64,000 bases of DNA, taken from contig OX337236.1 in NCBI GenBank assembly GCA_946965045.2, forward strand, positions 3,100,001 through 3,164,000, read 5' to 3'. This DNA comes from Epithemia pelagica. Its lineage: Eukaryota > Protista > Bacillariophyta. Position 1 is the stretch's first letter, and every line of letters starts with the position of its first letter. Of this stretch, positions 9,866 through 22,409 are shown one piece after another. Both the position numbers and the translations under genes were made by a program. Below the pieces are notes generated by a model. It was given only the letters and a program-made list of their open reading frames with translations, ran no database searches and had not been told where the DNA came from.

Positions 9866-12853
9866 ATGCCTCATTGTATGGTATGGAAGCGACGAAAGCG
9901 GAGACGGCCTCCCCTGGTCGACCATGACAGGGGGGAACAGTCATTGTCGCTGTCGTTCCCAGCAACCACAACTACCAGGCAGGGACTTGCGATCCCACCC
10001 ACCACGCCACGCATTCTCACAAAAACGACGACAACAACAATAAAAATAACGAGGAGAAGAAAACAGCAAGCACTCGGCAACCCACACAGGTATTGCTACT
10101 GGCTCCTTTTTGTACTTGTGTTCTACAGCACTGTACCAACACCCACAGCCTTGCCAACCACCAGCAGCACCAGCAGCGACATGGCGGCGGAGGAGGAGGT
10201 GCCATTCCTTGTGGTACCCGAACCACAACAAACGACCACGACTCGTCATTCTTCTACTACTGCAACAGCAGCCGCAAACGTCTGGAACCAACAACAACAA
10301 CAACCACAAGAGGAGGACGACGACGACGACAATTTGGCCCTTGTGGAATCCTCGAGCACCACAGCGCCAGGGACACCCCAACAACAACAGCGACCACGAC
10401 AATTGATTCTATGGGGAAAGAAGCAACGAAGGGATTCGTCGTCGTCCTCCAAACAACCCAAACAACAAATGTACCATCGTCCCAAGGATAGCAACACGAC
10501 ACTGGTCATTTTGTACAAAAAGACCAAAACCCAACACAGCAAACAACAACAACCGTCCCCCACAACCACAAAGAACAACAAGAACGACAACACGCATCCT
10601 CCACACAAACAACCAAAGAGTCGTGGTCCTCGCATTTCAGCGCCCCATGCCACACCACCCTCTCCAAACCATCACAAGAAGAACAAGAGTGACAAGAAGA
10701 CTAATGACGAAGGCGATCTGTTTGAAACGGACAAAAAGACCAAAAAGACAGACAAGAAAAACACCAGCAGTAGTACCAAGAGTTCCAAGAAAAAAGACCC
10801 GGCTTCATCCTATCCCACGTACTCTCCCCGTCCTTCTTCACCAGAGTTCTTGTGTTCGGGCGAGTATGGTAGTGGCAAGAAGACCAAAAATTCCTCTCCC
10901 TCGGTCAAATCCACCAAGTCCACCAAAACGCCACCAACACATCCACAACCCCCTCCCACAATTGAAAAGAAAAAGGACAAGTCCGGTCGGTTCAAACAAG
11001 AAAAGCTCATGAGTCCACCATCGTCCTCCTCCTCCAAAACGAACAAGAGCCGTTCCCGCAAAAAGGACGATCCAACAACGACGGATGCACCCTCTCAGTA
11101 TCGATTTTCCTGGCAAGACATGTTGTACCGTCCCGACACTGCCAAGGATCTGGACTCCAAGTATCCTTACTACTACAAGGACAAAAAGACCTTGGCACCA
11201 TCGTGTGCCCCCACAACACGCCCGACACATCGACCCACGTCTTCGTCGACACCGACTCAAGAACCGGTACCATCGCAATCCCCCGCTCCTTCCCAATCAC
11301 CGCTTCCCTCTGTTTCACCGACCGAACCCACCACGTCCGTTCCGACCACGACCAGTCATCCTTCGGCCAATACGACCGCTCCAACTCCTTTGCCGTCTCT
11401 TGTACCTCCACCATCCTCGACCAATCCTCCCAATAATAGCCCTACAGCGACAAGGGTCCCAACCTCCACGCCAACCAACGAACCCAGTGCTCCTCAACCC
11501 TCTGTACCTCCCGTTGCTCCGTCGTCCAGTCCCCAACCGACAACGCCTTTGCCCACGACTTCCTTGCCGACTCCACGTCCCACCACCCCTCCGAGTACGG
11601 CACCTCCCAGTAGTGCTCCGACACGGTCTGGGTTGATCCGGGTGGCCTTGTCGACCTTTAATGTCGAATATACCTTGGCCAACAATGGCATTCCCAACAA
11701 TGCTCAAATGCAACAAGCGGCCAGTACGACCGTAGCCTATCTCAATGCGATTTTTACCGGTATTTACGATGCTTCGGATGATATTGTCTTGGAGTCGGTC
11801 GATACCGTGGCGGGACCCTTTACCAATATTCCCAACGTCATTATTGGATACAATTCGGTCTTGCAATTTGATGAAACAGTCTCATCGGAAATTCCAACCC
11901 AAGAAGAATTGGACAATTTGGCCTCGTCCTTCTTTTTGGAACCCACGGTATTGGCCTTGCTCGGTGCACTCCGCAATGTGCCACCGGTCGATCCCTTTAG
12001 CACCACAACCGAGGCCAGCTACACGGCCGTAACCTTTGGTGCCAGCAATGCTTCGCCCGATGGATCGTCGTCGTCATCGGGACTCACACGGTCCGAAGTC
12101 ATGGTCTTTCCTCTTTCCATCGCCGCGGCCTTTTTGGTGGCTGTGGTGAGTTTGTTTGTCTATCGATGGATTCGAATGCAAGGAGCCACTGCCCAAAGGA
12201 CCACGAAGGAAAAGAACAAGTCTGGAGCGGCAGCGAGCAGAGGTGGAGCTTCTTCCTTGTCCTCCACCTCTTCCTTTCTATTACACGATGCCAGACCCGT
12301 ATCAGAATTGGCCAGTGACCGCATCAACAACAACAACAAAAGTACCACGACCAACAAGAGGCAGTCGAATGTTCTGTTTTTATCGGCAGCCGCTGCAGCC
12401 CTGGCAGCCTCCCAGAAACGAAGAGAAGAAGAAGAACGGCCATTGCGGGAAGAAGCAGAGGAACGACACAGTGCAAGTACAAGCACCGACGATGAGGAAG
12501 ATTACGATGACGAACATGAAATCATTTTTGAACGACAACGCCGGCAACAACAACAGCAGCAACAGCAATCGTCCTTGTTCGGTATCAGACTCTGGGGAGA
12601 CGGTCCGCTACAACAACAAGATACCGAACAGGACCATCTCATGGCCCACCAAAGCTATGGTTCAACCAAGGACGACACCAATAGAAGTAGTGACGAGGAT
12701 GACGGTACGGACGACAATGACAATCAGGCTTCCTCCTTCTTATCGCGGCCCTTTTTGGTCAAGGGATCTTCGCGTGATACCTTTGTCCAACATCATTTGT
12801 ACCGTTCACGCCATTCTACCGTGCCTCCTGTGGACACAGACACCTTGCCATGA
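9866..12853 (+). CDS. Hypothetical type I membrane protein with Lys/Ser-rich and Pro/Thr/Ser mucin-like ectodomain; start uncertain
   Basis: About 1000-aa ORF with an N-terminal hydrophobic segment (YWLLFVLVFYST), a K-rich tract, PTxxP repeats, a globular juxtamembrane domain, a TM helix (VMVFPLSIAAAFLVAVVSLFVYRWI) and an acidic tail. Confidence 0.75.
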   Translation: MPHCMVWKRRKRRRPPLVDHDRGEQSLSLSFPATTTTRQGLAIPPTTPRILTKTTTTTIKITRRRKQQALGNPHRYCYWLLFVLVFYSTVPTPTALPTTSSTSSDMAAEEEVPFLVVPEPQQTTTTRHSSTTATAAANVWNQQQQQPQEEDDDDDNLALVESSSTTAPGTPQQQQRPRQLILWGKKQRRDSSSSSKQPKQQMYHRPKDSNTTLVILYKKTKTQHSKQQQPSPTTTKNNKNDNTHPPHKQPKSRGPRISAPHATPPSPNHHKKNKSDKKTNDEGDLFETDKKTKKTDKKNTSSSTKSSKKKDPASSYPTYSPRPSSPEFLCSGEYGSGKKTKNSSPSVKSTKSTKTPPTHPQPPPTIEKKKDKSGRFKQEKLMSPPSSSSSKTNKSRSRKKDDPTTTDAPSQYRFSWQDMLYRPDTAKDLDSKYPYYYKDKKTLAPSCAPTTRPTHRPTSSSTPTQEPVPSQSPAPSQSPLPSVSPTEPTTSVPTTTSHPSANTTAPTPLPSLVPPPSSTNPPNNSPTATRVPTSTPTNEPSAPQPSVPPVAPSSSPQPTTPLPTTSLPTPRPTTPPSTAPPSSAPTRSGLIRVALSTFNVEYTLANNGIPNNAQMQQAASTTVAYLNAIFTGIYDASDDIVLESVDTVAGPFTNIPNVIIGYNSVLQFDETVSSEIPTQEELDNLASSFFLEPTVLALLGALRNVPPVDPFSTTTEASYTAVTFGASNASPDGSSSSSGLTRSEVMVFPLSIAAAFLVAVVSLFVYRWIRMQGATAQRTTKEKNKSGAAASRGGASSLSSTSSFLLHDARPVSELASDRINNNNKSTTTNKRQSNVLFLSAAAAALAASQKRREEEERPLREEAEERHSASTSTDDEEDYDDEHEIIFERQRRQQQQQQQQSSLFGIRLWGDGPLQQQDTEQDHLMAHQSYGSTKDDTNRSSDEDDGTDDNDNQASSFLSRPFLVKGSSRDTFVQHHLYRSRHSTVPPVDTDTLP

Positions 12854-13431
12854 AGGAACAAAAGCAGAAAACAACGGCAAATTATGGAACCACAACACCA
12901 TCCGGCACTACGAGTAGTATGTATGCATTGCACATGGGAGTAGCTGACACTGGCTCACCTTATAATAGCTGTACGGAACGGCTCTGCTTCCTGCATCTGC
13001 TCTCGCTTTTCTCGCGAGCACTGCCAAAGCCAAATGGGATGCATGACAGTGTTACTTCCATTCGAAATGGATTGAAGATCTCGCTAATCCGGCCACGCCT
13101 CAGAATCTCGCTTTCCGCGACGCCGCTTCTAAACATTCCAGGAACGATCGTCATGAAAAAAGCCGAGAGAGGCAACCAAAACGAAACGGCTCTCTGAAAT
13201 TCGGTTGAATGCCATGACACAAGTGGAAGAAAAGCCATTTCATTGTACACTTGAAACTGTTGTAAACGAATAGGGGGAACCACGCACACAAGTTGTACCG
13301 TTCCTAGCTAGTAGTAGGAGCAACATCTACCTGGGTAGTAATCGGTAGGCAGCGATCCCAAACTCTCATACAACCGAGTAAGAGAGAGAGAGAATGTGCG
13401 AATTAGGTAGGTAGATTAGGCTCTACGGACT

Positions 13432-14399
13432 TTATTCCTTGGTGGACAATCCTGCCAAGGCATCGGCGGCTTCATCGGCCGCTTGTTCGGTTTCGGCCGC
13501 AGCCGGTGCTGCTTCTCCGGCGGCCTGTTCTTCGGCCTCCATCAATTCCTTCATTTTTGCTTGACATTCCAGAAACTTTTCCTTGAATACTCCGGCTAAA
13601 TCACTGTCACCGAATTTGACACAAAAGGTGGTTTCCACCAACTCGGTACCTCCTTCCGAAAAATCAAAGGCGACCCATATCCACGATCGGTCCGATTGAA
13701 CGTGGGGTGTCAAGGTAATGCGGGGATCGACGACATGATTGCAAATGACTTTCATGGTCTTTTCTTGACGCATCAAGACTCGCAATTTGTCGTTTTGCTT
13801 GTGGCGTAAAATACGCATATTGCCAATCCCACGTTCAATCCAGGTTTTGTTGCCCGTACCCTTGTTCAACATGGTCTCACCAAAAATGTACAATTTGGAT
13901 CTTTGAGAATATACAACTTCCTGTAATAAAGACAAAGGAATATCGAATGGAATGTGTTTCAGGAAGATAACGTATTGTTGCATCGTTTTGGAGGAAGGAA
14001 CAAACGAAAAATGAGCAAGCAGGGTGATACAACAAGTGTCAGAAGTGTGTCACTCTTCCGAGGATGCATGCATTGATTGCGCAACTACAAAAACAAACCA
14101 ACACGTACCTCCTCTTCCTCCCCCGATGTGACTTCGACTTCTTCCAGTTTTACCTATTTCCACGAGAACGTAATGATTGGTGTTCCAGCAACAGACACAC
14201 AGGTGTGAGAGAAAAAAAATGACAGTCATTTTCGGGAGGAGAATCCATTGCTACACCTCACGATACGTACCACTGGCTCAAAGGTGGCCGTACTTTCTTC
14301 TTCCGGTGCGGGTGCTTCTCCCGAAGCCTCACCTTCGGCAGTAGCGGCCGTTTCTTCCGGAGGCGTGGTGGTGGTCGTCGTTTCTTCCTCGGTGCTCAT
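13432..14399 (-). CDS. RANBP1: Ran-binding protein 1; exons 14399-14271, 14153-14109, 13920-13432, about 220 aa
   Basis: Two GT..AG introns join [36 protein letters not shown]...WIERGIGNMRIL...RVLMRQEKTMKVICNH...SDRSWIW...DFSEG...FCVKF, the RanBD signature. Confidence 0.92.
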
Positions 14400-15626
14400 G
14401 GTACTGGAATGTTGTTGTTGCTAGAAAAACAATGCTTCTTTTTTGTCAATCAACGAACACAATGGCGAATCCAACTGCCGGGATCAAGAGAGAGTCTAGA
14501 AAAGATGAAGGACGGAATGGAACAAGTGGTTGCAAATCTGAACTCTTGTTCAATCTGTGGTCTTTTGTGGCAGGTCTCGGTTGTGTTTGTCAACAAACGG
14601 TGCGCCGCGCTTCGTCGTCCTTCGTTGTTGTTGGGTCTTGTGCGGTGCTGCAATCAGTCTGTCTGTCAGTCCGACAAGAGTCGCTTTTGAGTCGTGATCT
14701 GGAGGCAAGGTAGCATGTCGCGCTATCCATCGACTCCAAGATGACAATCAACCTACTCCTATCTAGCAGTCTGAATCTACTCCTATTCAAGGAGCAGTCC
14801 GTTACAGCCATTGGTTATTACAAGAACAAAGGGATAGATCCAGAGCCGGAACCTCCGACACAATCACAGGATCGAGGGACAAATGGAGCAAGGGACAATG
14901 GAAGATACACAAAAATGCATCTCGGGACGAATCTCCTTTCTGTAGTACTGCGTAGGTTTGATTGTCACGTGGCGTCTTTCACCAATCTCTCTCGAGCCTT
15001 GTACTTTGCTTGTTCTTGTCTTGGAACCTGTCTCCAATGCAAGGCTTGCTGGATGGAATTTCGCTCGCGTGTCCATCATCAAGTCTAGTCTGCCCTCCAT
15101 TCCATTCTCGAAAGGATGGATCCGTTCGTTCCTTGGTCTCGACAGACCATCCACCCATATAGTTCTTCATCTTGTTGTTGGATGGTTTCCCAACAAAACT
15201 TAAGGTCGGACCAATCTCTAGACCGGAGGATGGAATGGTGTCCAGCACCCAACGACAAAAGGCCCCAAGAGGGTTCTCCTCGTCCTCTCGTTCGAGGAGC
15301 CGCCAGGAACAAAGGAGAATGCTGCCATGAGAGTGTGTGTGTTCCTGGACTGTCAACGGTCGTCTGGAGAGAGAGAGAATGCATGCAGCAACCACTCATT
15401 CCTGGAACAAGAGAGCATATATATGGCCCCCAGAGAAGGATTCCCACTCCTGGAAAAATTGTACCAACTAGTACTGACTGGTTGCGTGTCATCCATCACT
15501 CCTCTTTTTGGTTCTTCCAAACCAACAAGTGTTCGGTTGTGCTAGTACTGTCTGTTCGAGCATGGGGTGTTGGTGTGAGAACTCTCACGCTCCATTCTCA
15601 CACGATCTCGTTCTGGCAATATCCAA

Positions 15627-15847
15627 GGGGTATCCGTTGCCGTGTCGTTCATGGAGGAATGGATATGTTGTGTGTGTGTATCCCACACGACCCCGTCCAG
15701 GTCTCTGCTCTGTAGAATACTCCTGGGGTATCCGTTACTGTCGTTCATGTCGAGAATGGATATAATATTATAGGATGAAGATGTGTTTCCCACACGACCG
15801 CATAGAATACTCAACGGGGTATCCGTTACGGTCGTTGGGATGGATTC
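15627..15847. repeat. Degenerate tandem repeat, unit about 91-98 bp, about 2.3 copies
   Basis: GGGGTATCCGTT starts units at 15627, 15725 and 15816; TCCCACACGACC and TAGAATACTC each recur. Confidence 0.75.
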
Positions 15848-17527
15848 TTCTGCTGCCATCCATATCCAACGACAGACTGCGCGACAGAGAAAGTCACTGT
15901 CGCTGTCGATGATGTCGATCGTCCTGACGAAATTTTGGTCGTCCATCGATTGTGGATTGCTCGTTGGGTGCAAGTGTCTCTGGCTCGGTCAGTGTTCCAA
16001 AGAGTAGTCTCGCCATCGCCTCGCAGCACGGTGCCTAGCTAGTGTACTATATCATTCACGGAGTACAGAATGGGACGGAAGGAGGTGCTCGCTGGCTGGC
16101 GACGACGTCGCCGGACCGATCAGCGAGTCGTCGGACGGAAGCGTGGAGTAGTTAGGCCAGACCGTTACGACGGTTACTAAAGGGCCATAGGAGAGATAAA
16201 TGGAGTTAGGCCCTTACAGCAGACAATAGTACTGTAGCGAGAAGCGAGCGAGCGAGCGAGGAAGCGAGGATTTGTGCGAGAGGGACAGCCAACCCACACC
16301 GCGAGAGACTGCGCCAGAGAACGGGGAGCGGAGACCAGTATTTGGATTATTATTCCACTCCTGGTCCAGAGGAAAAGACCGTAGTCGTCCATACATTCCA
16401 GACGACGGCAACTACGACAACAACAAACAACCACAACAAGGACAACTTGGACTTGTGTGTGTGTGTGTGTGTGTGTATTGGAACAACCAAACCAAGCACC
16501 ACAACAACCACAACTGGATTGATTGATTGATCGATCATTGGAAGAGTTGTGTGAGCGCGTGCTGTCCCTGCTGTTTTTTCGTTCCGTAGGTCGGGTGTGT
16601 GTTTTTTCCGCGAGATAACGCGACACACATCACTCTTGTCATTTTTATCGGCCACGTCTTGGTTGGTACATCTTGTACACACTGCCGGAGGCTCGCTCGG
16701 ACAGTGACCGAGAAGGAACAGCCGCAACAACAACAACACCCACACGAAAAAGACTCCTCCTTATCTCTTGCTTGTTGTGAAGAGAGAGAACGAGAGTGTG
16801 TTGTGCTTGGTCGTTGGATTGGATAGCTGCCGATCCCAACTACTGTGCAATAAGAAGCTCCGCAAGACACACACACGCATCGTGTTGGTCGGGAGATTGA
16901 TCGAAAAAAGCAGAGTGCTCGTTTGCGTGTTGCTCCTGCTGCTGCGGAGACACCCCAGTGCCACCTCGGTTATCCACAGTCTTTGCACGAATCCCATCCT
17001 CCTTCGTACTGCTACTACAGCCATTGCACTTCGTGATTGGTGATTGTGCGCCCAGACGAAAACAAGATCGAACAAGAAAGGCGAGCGTGTGGGATACCGG
17101 CGCTCTCTCTCACACTGACATACACGGACTGGACAGGACTCTTGGCGTGTGATACCTGGGAAATCTATTTTTTTGGGCAGTCGGAGAGGAACGGAGCAAG
17201 TCCATCCCAGAGACGACGACGATAGTGTGTGTGGTTGTGGAAGGAATTTGGCTACAGCGGGGATTGAGTGGAAAGGATTCGTTTTGGACGGAACAAGAAG
17301 AAAGGCTCTAGATTGTGCGCGATTGATTGAAACGGAGCAATTCGGAAATTGGCTATTGCGGTGACACCGATAGCTGCTCCTCCCATCACACGGTTCAGCT
17401 TGTACTGCATTGCCATTGATCTACGTTGGTTCTCGTTTTGAATCGATCCAGGCTCTCTCTGTTGAGTTCCTCCTCCTACTTTGTTCCACTTGTTTGCTAG
17501 CTACCCTTTTGCTGAAAGGGTCAGACA

Positions 17528-19426
17528 ATGAGCAAGTGGCTTCGTCGGGGATTTGGGAACAACAACAACAACACAAATACCTCCGAAGCCTCGCAACAAC
17601 AACAACACAGTGAATTTCCGTCTCCTCCTCGCAACGAACTTCCTCTCGGCGCCTTTTCACCACCCTTGGAGGAACACGCGCCACCACAACCACAACAACA
17701 ACAAGGTCCACCAACAATGGTTGGAGGAGGATATTCGGTCCAACAACAACAACAACATCATCATCATCCTTCCTCAACGACTCCTACTACCATTGATATG
17801 GACGTGGATCCAACTCGCGGCGGCAAGTACAACAACTCTTCCTCGTCTCCCCATCATCATCATCACCACCACCCTTCTTCGTACGGTGGCACTTCCAACA
17901 ACAATAACAACAACAACTCGTTGAGTATGAAACAAGATCCTTCCGGCCGGTTATTGGACGAACGATCCAGAGGGCGATCTACTTCTTCCAACGCGAGAAT
18001 GGATCGATCACGCTCCAGGCCACATTCTTCTTCGCAAGCACCGCAACAGCAACAGCAAGCCTATACTTCGTCTCCACCGCAACCACCACCGCAACAACCA
18101 CAATCGTCGCCCTATCATCATCCTCATCATCACCACCACCCTCCTCCTCCCCATGGAGGAGGAAGCAGCAGTCATCGTTCGGGGGGTGGACATTTTGGGG
18201 CACCACCACCCTATACTACGAACAAGGGCGGCGGCTTGCATACTCCCACGGATGCGGCACAACCCACCTTTCCTCCTCCGGCCGTGACGGCCGATTCTCC
18301 GCAACCGTCGGAAAGTGCCGCCAGTCGTCGTCCGGCCTATTTGTTGCATCGTGATTTGGTGATTGGTAAGGGTTCGTACGGACAAGTCTGTATCGCCAGT
18401 CGCGGTGAATCCGAAGGCCATCATCATCATCATCATCATTCGTCGGGCGGACGAACGGGCAGTACGTCTGGCGGCGGCGGCAAGCGCAAAAAGTTTGCTT
18501 GCAAATGTGTCATGCTACGGAACGACCCAAAGTACATTGCCAAATTACAAGAAGAAGTCAATGTTTTGAGAGAATTGCGGGGTCATGAAAATGTCATTCG
18601 ATTGTACGATGTCTTTTGTGTCGACAATGAATTGTTTATAATAACCGAATTGGGACGAGGGGGAGACTTGTTTCACTTGCTCACCACGCATCCCAAACAC
18701 GGTGTCACGGAAGCCTATGCCGGTACGTAGAACGACACGACGATGATATACGCAAGGGAAATCTACGGATGAACTCGAACCGGACTCTCACACACATGCT
18801 CTCTTTCCATTTCTCTCATTTCAGCCAAGACAGTTGCGGAAATGCTGTCGGCCGTGGCCTTTTTGCATTGCAGAAGTATTTGTCACCGCGATCTCAAGTT
18901 GGAAAATTGGGTCCTCGAATCTGGCAAGGACGTATGGAGTCCACTCAAGTTGATTGACTTTGGTTTGTCCACGCATTTTACTCGCGGACAACGACTGAGT
19001 CGCGTGGTGGGATCCTCCTATTATGTGGCCCCCGAAGTATTAAAAAAGTCGTACACCGAAGCCTGTGATTTGTGGAGTTTGGGTGTCATTGTCTACATGC
19101 TCTTGAGTGGCGCTCCGCCCTTTTATGGCAAGAACGACGAAGCCATTAAGGCCTCCATTGTCCAAGGCGAGTATACCTTTCCCCACGAACTGTTTCGAGA
19201 CGTGTCGGACGAAGCCATGGCCTTTGTCTCAACCTTGTTGAGTTACAATATCGAATACCGATACACGGCCGATCAAGCCTTGACGCATCCCTGGCTCGCG
19301 GCCAATTGTGAACCAATGGCCTTGCAAAAGGCCAAGGATGGAGCTCGAGGCATTGGATTGCAATTGGATGGACCACAACAACAACCATCACAACCACAAC
19401 GGGTGGGCGATCCCATGCAAATGTAA
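17528..19426 (+). CDS. CAMK/CDPK-like Ser/Thr protein kinase without EF-hands; exons 17528-18722 and 18825-19426, about 598 aa
   Basis: IGKGSYGQV, FACK, HENVIRLYDVF, HRDLKLENW, DFGLS, YYVAPE, DLWSLGV. The GT..AG intron 18723-18824 joins the two ORFs in frame. The N-terminus is Q/H/P-rich. Confidence 0.92.
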
Positions 19427-20069
19427 CGCACGCTCCATCCACGACGACAACAACAACAACAAGGACGTGGACACTGGAGGAACCGCACACCAAGACATGC
19501 GAGTCTTTTGGACGGGCTTGGGTTTGGATCGAATCTCCCTATTGTGTTTTGTCCTTGCGTTGTTGTTGTTGTTGTTGTTGTTGTTGTGTGTGTGTACCCT
19601 TATTTGGTAGTGGTTGTCACCAAACTACTACTCCTATACTACTACTACCGTTTCTTACCTTTTTTTATTCATGACCGTTTAAAATACACCCACCACACAC
19701 TCTTGTTTGTTTCTAGTAGTATAGTGTCTCTCTCTCGATCGATTGGTTTGTGGTGGTGGTGGTGGTCCACCAGCAATCACTACCATAGATCTCACAAAAT
19801 AGATTGTGGAGTGTGCGTCTCGGAGTCTGTTGTAGAAGAGCGAACAGTTCCTTTGTGTACCGAACAAAGGCACCCGAACGCACTTGATTCGTGTCTGTTC
19901 TGGACCATACAAGCACATCCCATTCGATTCGACGCCTCTGCATGACTCACTTAACCACAACTCTCGGTCGTCTCCAGCAGAGACACGAGCGATAGTAATA
20001 GTTTCGACCAATGGGGTCGTCGTCCTTCCAGAGGAACTGCAAGGACAGGAACAACAAGAACAACAACAA

Positions 20070-20862
20070 TCATGGCTCTTTGGCACCCTTGAGATGGGGA
20101 TACCTACGAGCCACAGCATTCCTGCCCTGGTGTCCCACCACATTCCAGGCATGTTCCGTAGTAGTATTCGTAGTATTTGTATCCAGAGTGGTCGTGGTCA
20201 ACGCCGACGATCCATTCTCCCCATGACTCGTTGCCAGATTCACGGGCAACACCTCGGGGGCGACTGCCGGACGAATGGCCGTCCTGGTAGTGGCAGCGAT
20301 GGACATAGTCTTGAATCACAGACACGGCCTCCTGATTGGTCCGGCCATTGTGGATTCCCACAAAGACGTGACGATCCGTCACCACGACATCGCCCCCATC
20401 GCATCGTGCCGTCGTCGAGTATTTGGCCATGGAGTGCACCAGTCGATCGTCGTGGCAAATTTTTGGGTGTTGTTGGACAAAGTCTTGCACCGACCGTACT
20501 TCTCCTTGACGACTGTCATGTCCTGGTGTCGTAAAGAGGAGACCGCCACGACACTGACCTGGGATTGGTGGCAACGACACGACGACATCTTCGACAAAGA
20601 CGGAATCGGGACAATTGGACACTTGTGGCAATGTATAGACGGCGTTGGGGGTTCCACCACGACGACCAAATGAAAATGCCTGTTGCAAGGCTTGCACATA
20701 ATATGTTGCATGTTGGTCTCGTGCAACGGCCAGATTCAGTGCTCGTCCTTCCTTCGGTTGTGTATAGCTTCGGAGATGGCAGCAGCGGTCGGAAAGGATT
20801 CTTCGTGTCGTCGTTCTCTCCTGGAGAAGAGAGAATGGCACACAGATGCACTTGGATTCCAA
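20070..20862 (-). pseudogene. DDAH/amidinotransferase-like pseudogene (frameshifted, lacks C-terminus)
   Basis: ARDQHATY, PDSVFVEDVVV, PGHDSRQGEV, DGGDVVV...FVG...RTN are present. The HLK motif (PHLKGA) lies in another frame and is followed by a stop. No LTCCS end. Confidence 0.7.
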
Positions 20863-21517
20863 ACTATGTCGAATCGGATCGGAATCGGATCATATGATGT
20901 GGTGTGCTGTCATGAAGTTTATGTGCGATTCGATCCCCCTCGAAAGACCGTTCGCACGACAGACACTATTTCTCGTAGTAGTATTAGGATTAGGACGGGG
21001 TGAAACCATAGAAAGTCCAAATTTTGATTGCCCCCAAACAAGCGTTTTACTGTGGTGTAACCAGACCCCCCGGGAATTTGCGGCAGGGGGAAGAACGCTT
21101 ACCACATTGCCAGCCTAGCGACATTGAAGAGAATAGAATACAATTCCGGAGTGTAAGGTTGATGGAAAAAAATTAAATTGCGGCGCCGTTTGCCCTTAAA
21201 AAAAAGAAGGGGAATATAGGGAAAAAACGTGGCGGGGTGAAGGTAGTATGGGTGTCACCGACTGTTTTGGGGGTAAGCTGTACCACTATAGAGGAAAAAG
21301 ATGAATTTTTCAAAAATGGTGTCGCACTTATCCGGGTTTCCACTGAAATCCTGTAAAACAAGGATTACCCGGTATTTTTGATTATCTAGCGGGAACTACG
21401 GACTACGGAGAGACTTCCTCCACCCTCAAAAGCTTCCACGCGTTGTTGTCGCAGCCACTCACAACTCACAACTCACAACCAACATTCTCCTCGTCTTTCC
21501 CTCACAACAAAACGACC

Positions 21518-21635
21518 ATGACACTGCAAAGGACGACCATGACACTGCAAGAACAAGCACGTCAGTCGGGTCTTGTCCTTTTGGATGAGATATGGAATCA
21601 TAACGACTGGCCTGCGCTGGAGGGTGGATGGCTAA
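21518..21635 (+). pseudogene. Kelch-repeat gene copy A, 5' part (interrupted by the LTR retrotransposon)
   Basis: MTLQEQARQSGLVLLDE.WNHNDWPALEGGW matches the N-termini of copies B-D. Joins in frame to 32453. Confidence 0.88.
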
Positions 21636-22356
21636 ACTTAAGATATCTGCTAGCTAGGTGTGATAACGACTTGATAATCGGGGTTAGTTCAGTTGGGTAG
21701 CAATGTTAGTCAACCTATCACGTTGGATCGACGATGGGGCCCTCACCTTCGGTCTACGATATAGGTTGACTCCTTTTGTAGACAACAGTTGCTTGCAACT
21801 TTTGTGTTTTAGAAAAGAGTGAGATTAATCTACATGAAAGTGATTTTCAGGTCTGATCGATCTCCGATCTCAAGGAGAACTTAGCCGCTCCATTTCTCTC
21901 TTGGAGAATAGTTCTTCCTTGTTCTTTTTGTTCTTCATGATTAGATGAGAGTATTCACCTCTCCTGATTGTTTGGGCCTTATGAATGTTCTTTCTAGAAG
22001 GTACTTACCTTTGGAACAGGCCTGCTAGATCATCTGAAGATCGATCAGTATCTTTGTGTAATTCTCAATTTGAGAGAGAAGATATTACGACTAGAGGTAT
22101 CGTCCAACTTGCGTTCGTATGAACGGATGTGTAGGCTCGCGACTTGCATTGTGCATGTATATGAATAATTAGTACATAAATCTTCCTGGACTGCTGGGTG
22201 AAGTTACTATTCAGCTAAATCCATCTGTTGTTCGTCCGTTCAACTGCAACACGAGCGTCTGTCTTACTTCAGGACAGCTGCTTTCCTCTATGTCGTAGCT
22301 ATGTCATGCTATGTCACACCTAGATCTAATGGTGCTAGATGTGCTATGTTGTAACT
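21636..22356 (-). repeat. 3' LTR (721 bp)
   Basis: No difference from 31727-32447 found by eye. On the element strand it begins AGTTAC and ends CTTAAGT. Confidence 0.95.
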
Positions 22357-22365
22357 CTCCCTCTC
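22357..22365 (-). promoter_or_regulatory. Polypurine tract
   Basis: GAGAGGGAG on the minus strand directly before the 3' LTR. Confidence 0.75.
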
Positions 22366-22409
22366 ATGGAGTGATTGGGCTAGAATTGCGACATGGAAGG
22401 TATGATGGT

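Noticed and set aside
14420-17500. Protein-coding gene in the RanBP1-kinase gap (e.g. ORFs 14979-15395, 15542-15973)
   Set aside because: No recognisable motif or consistent exon chain.
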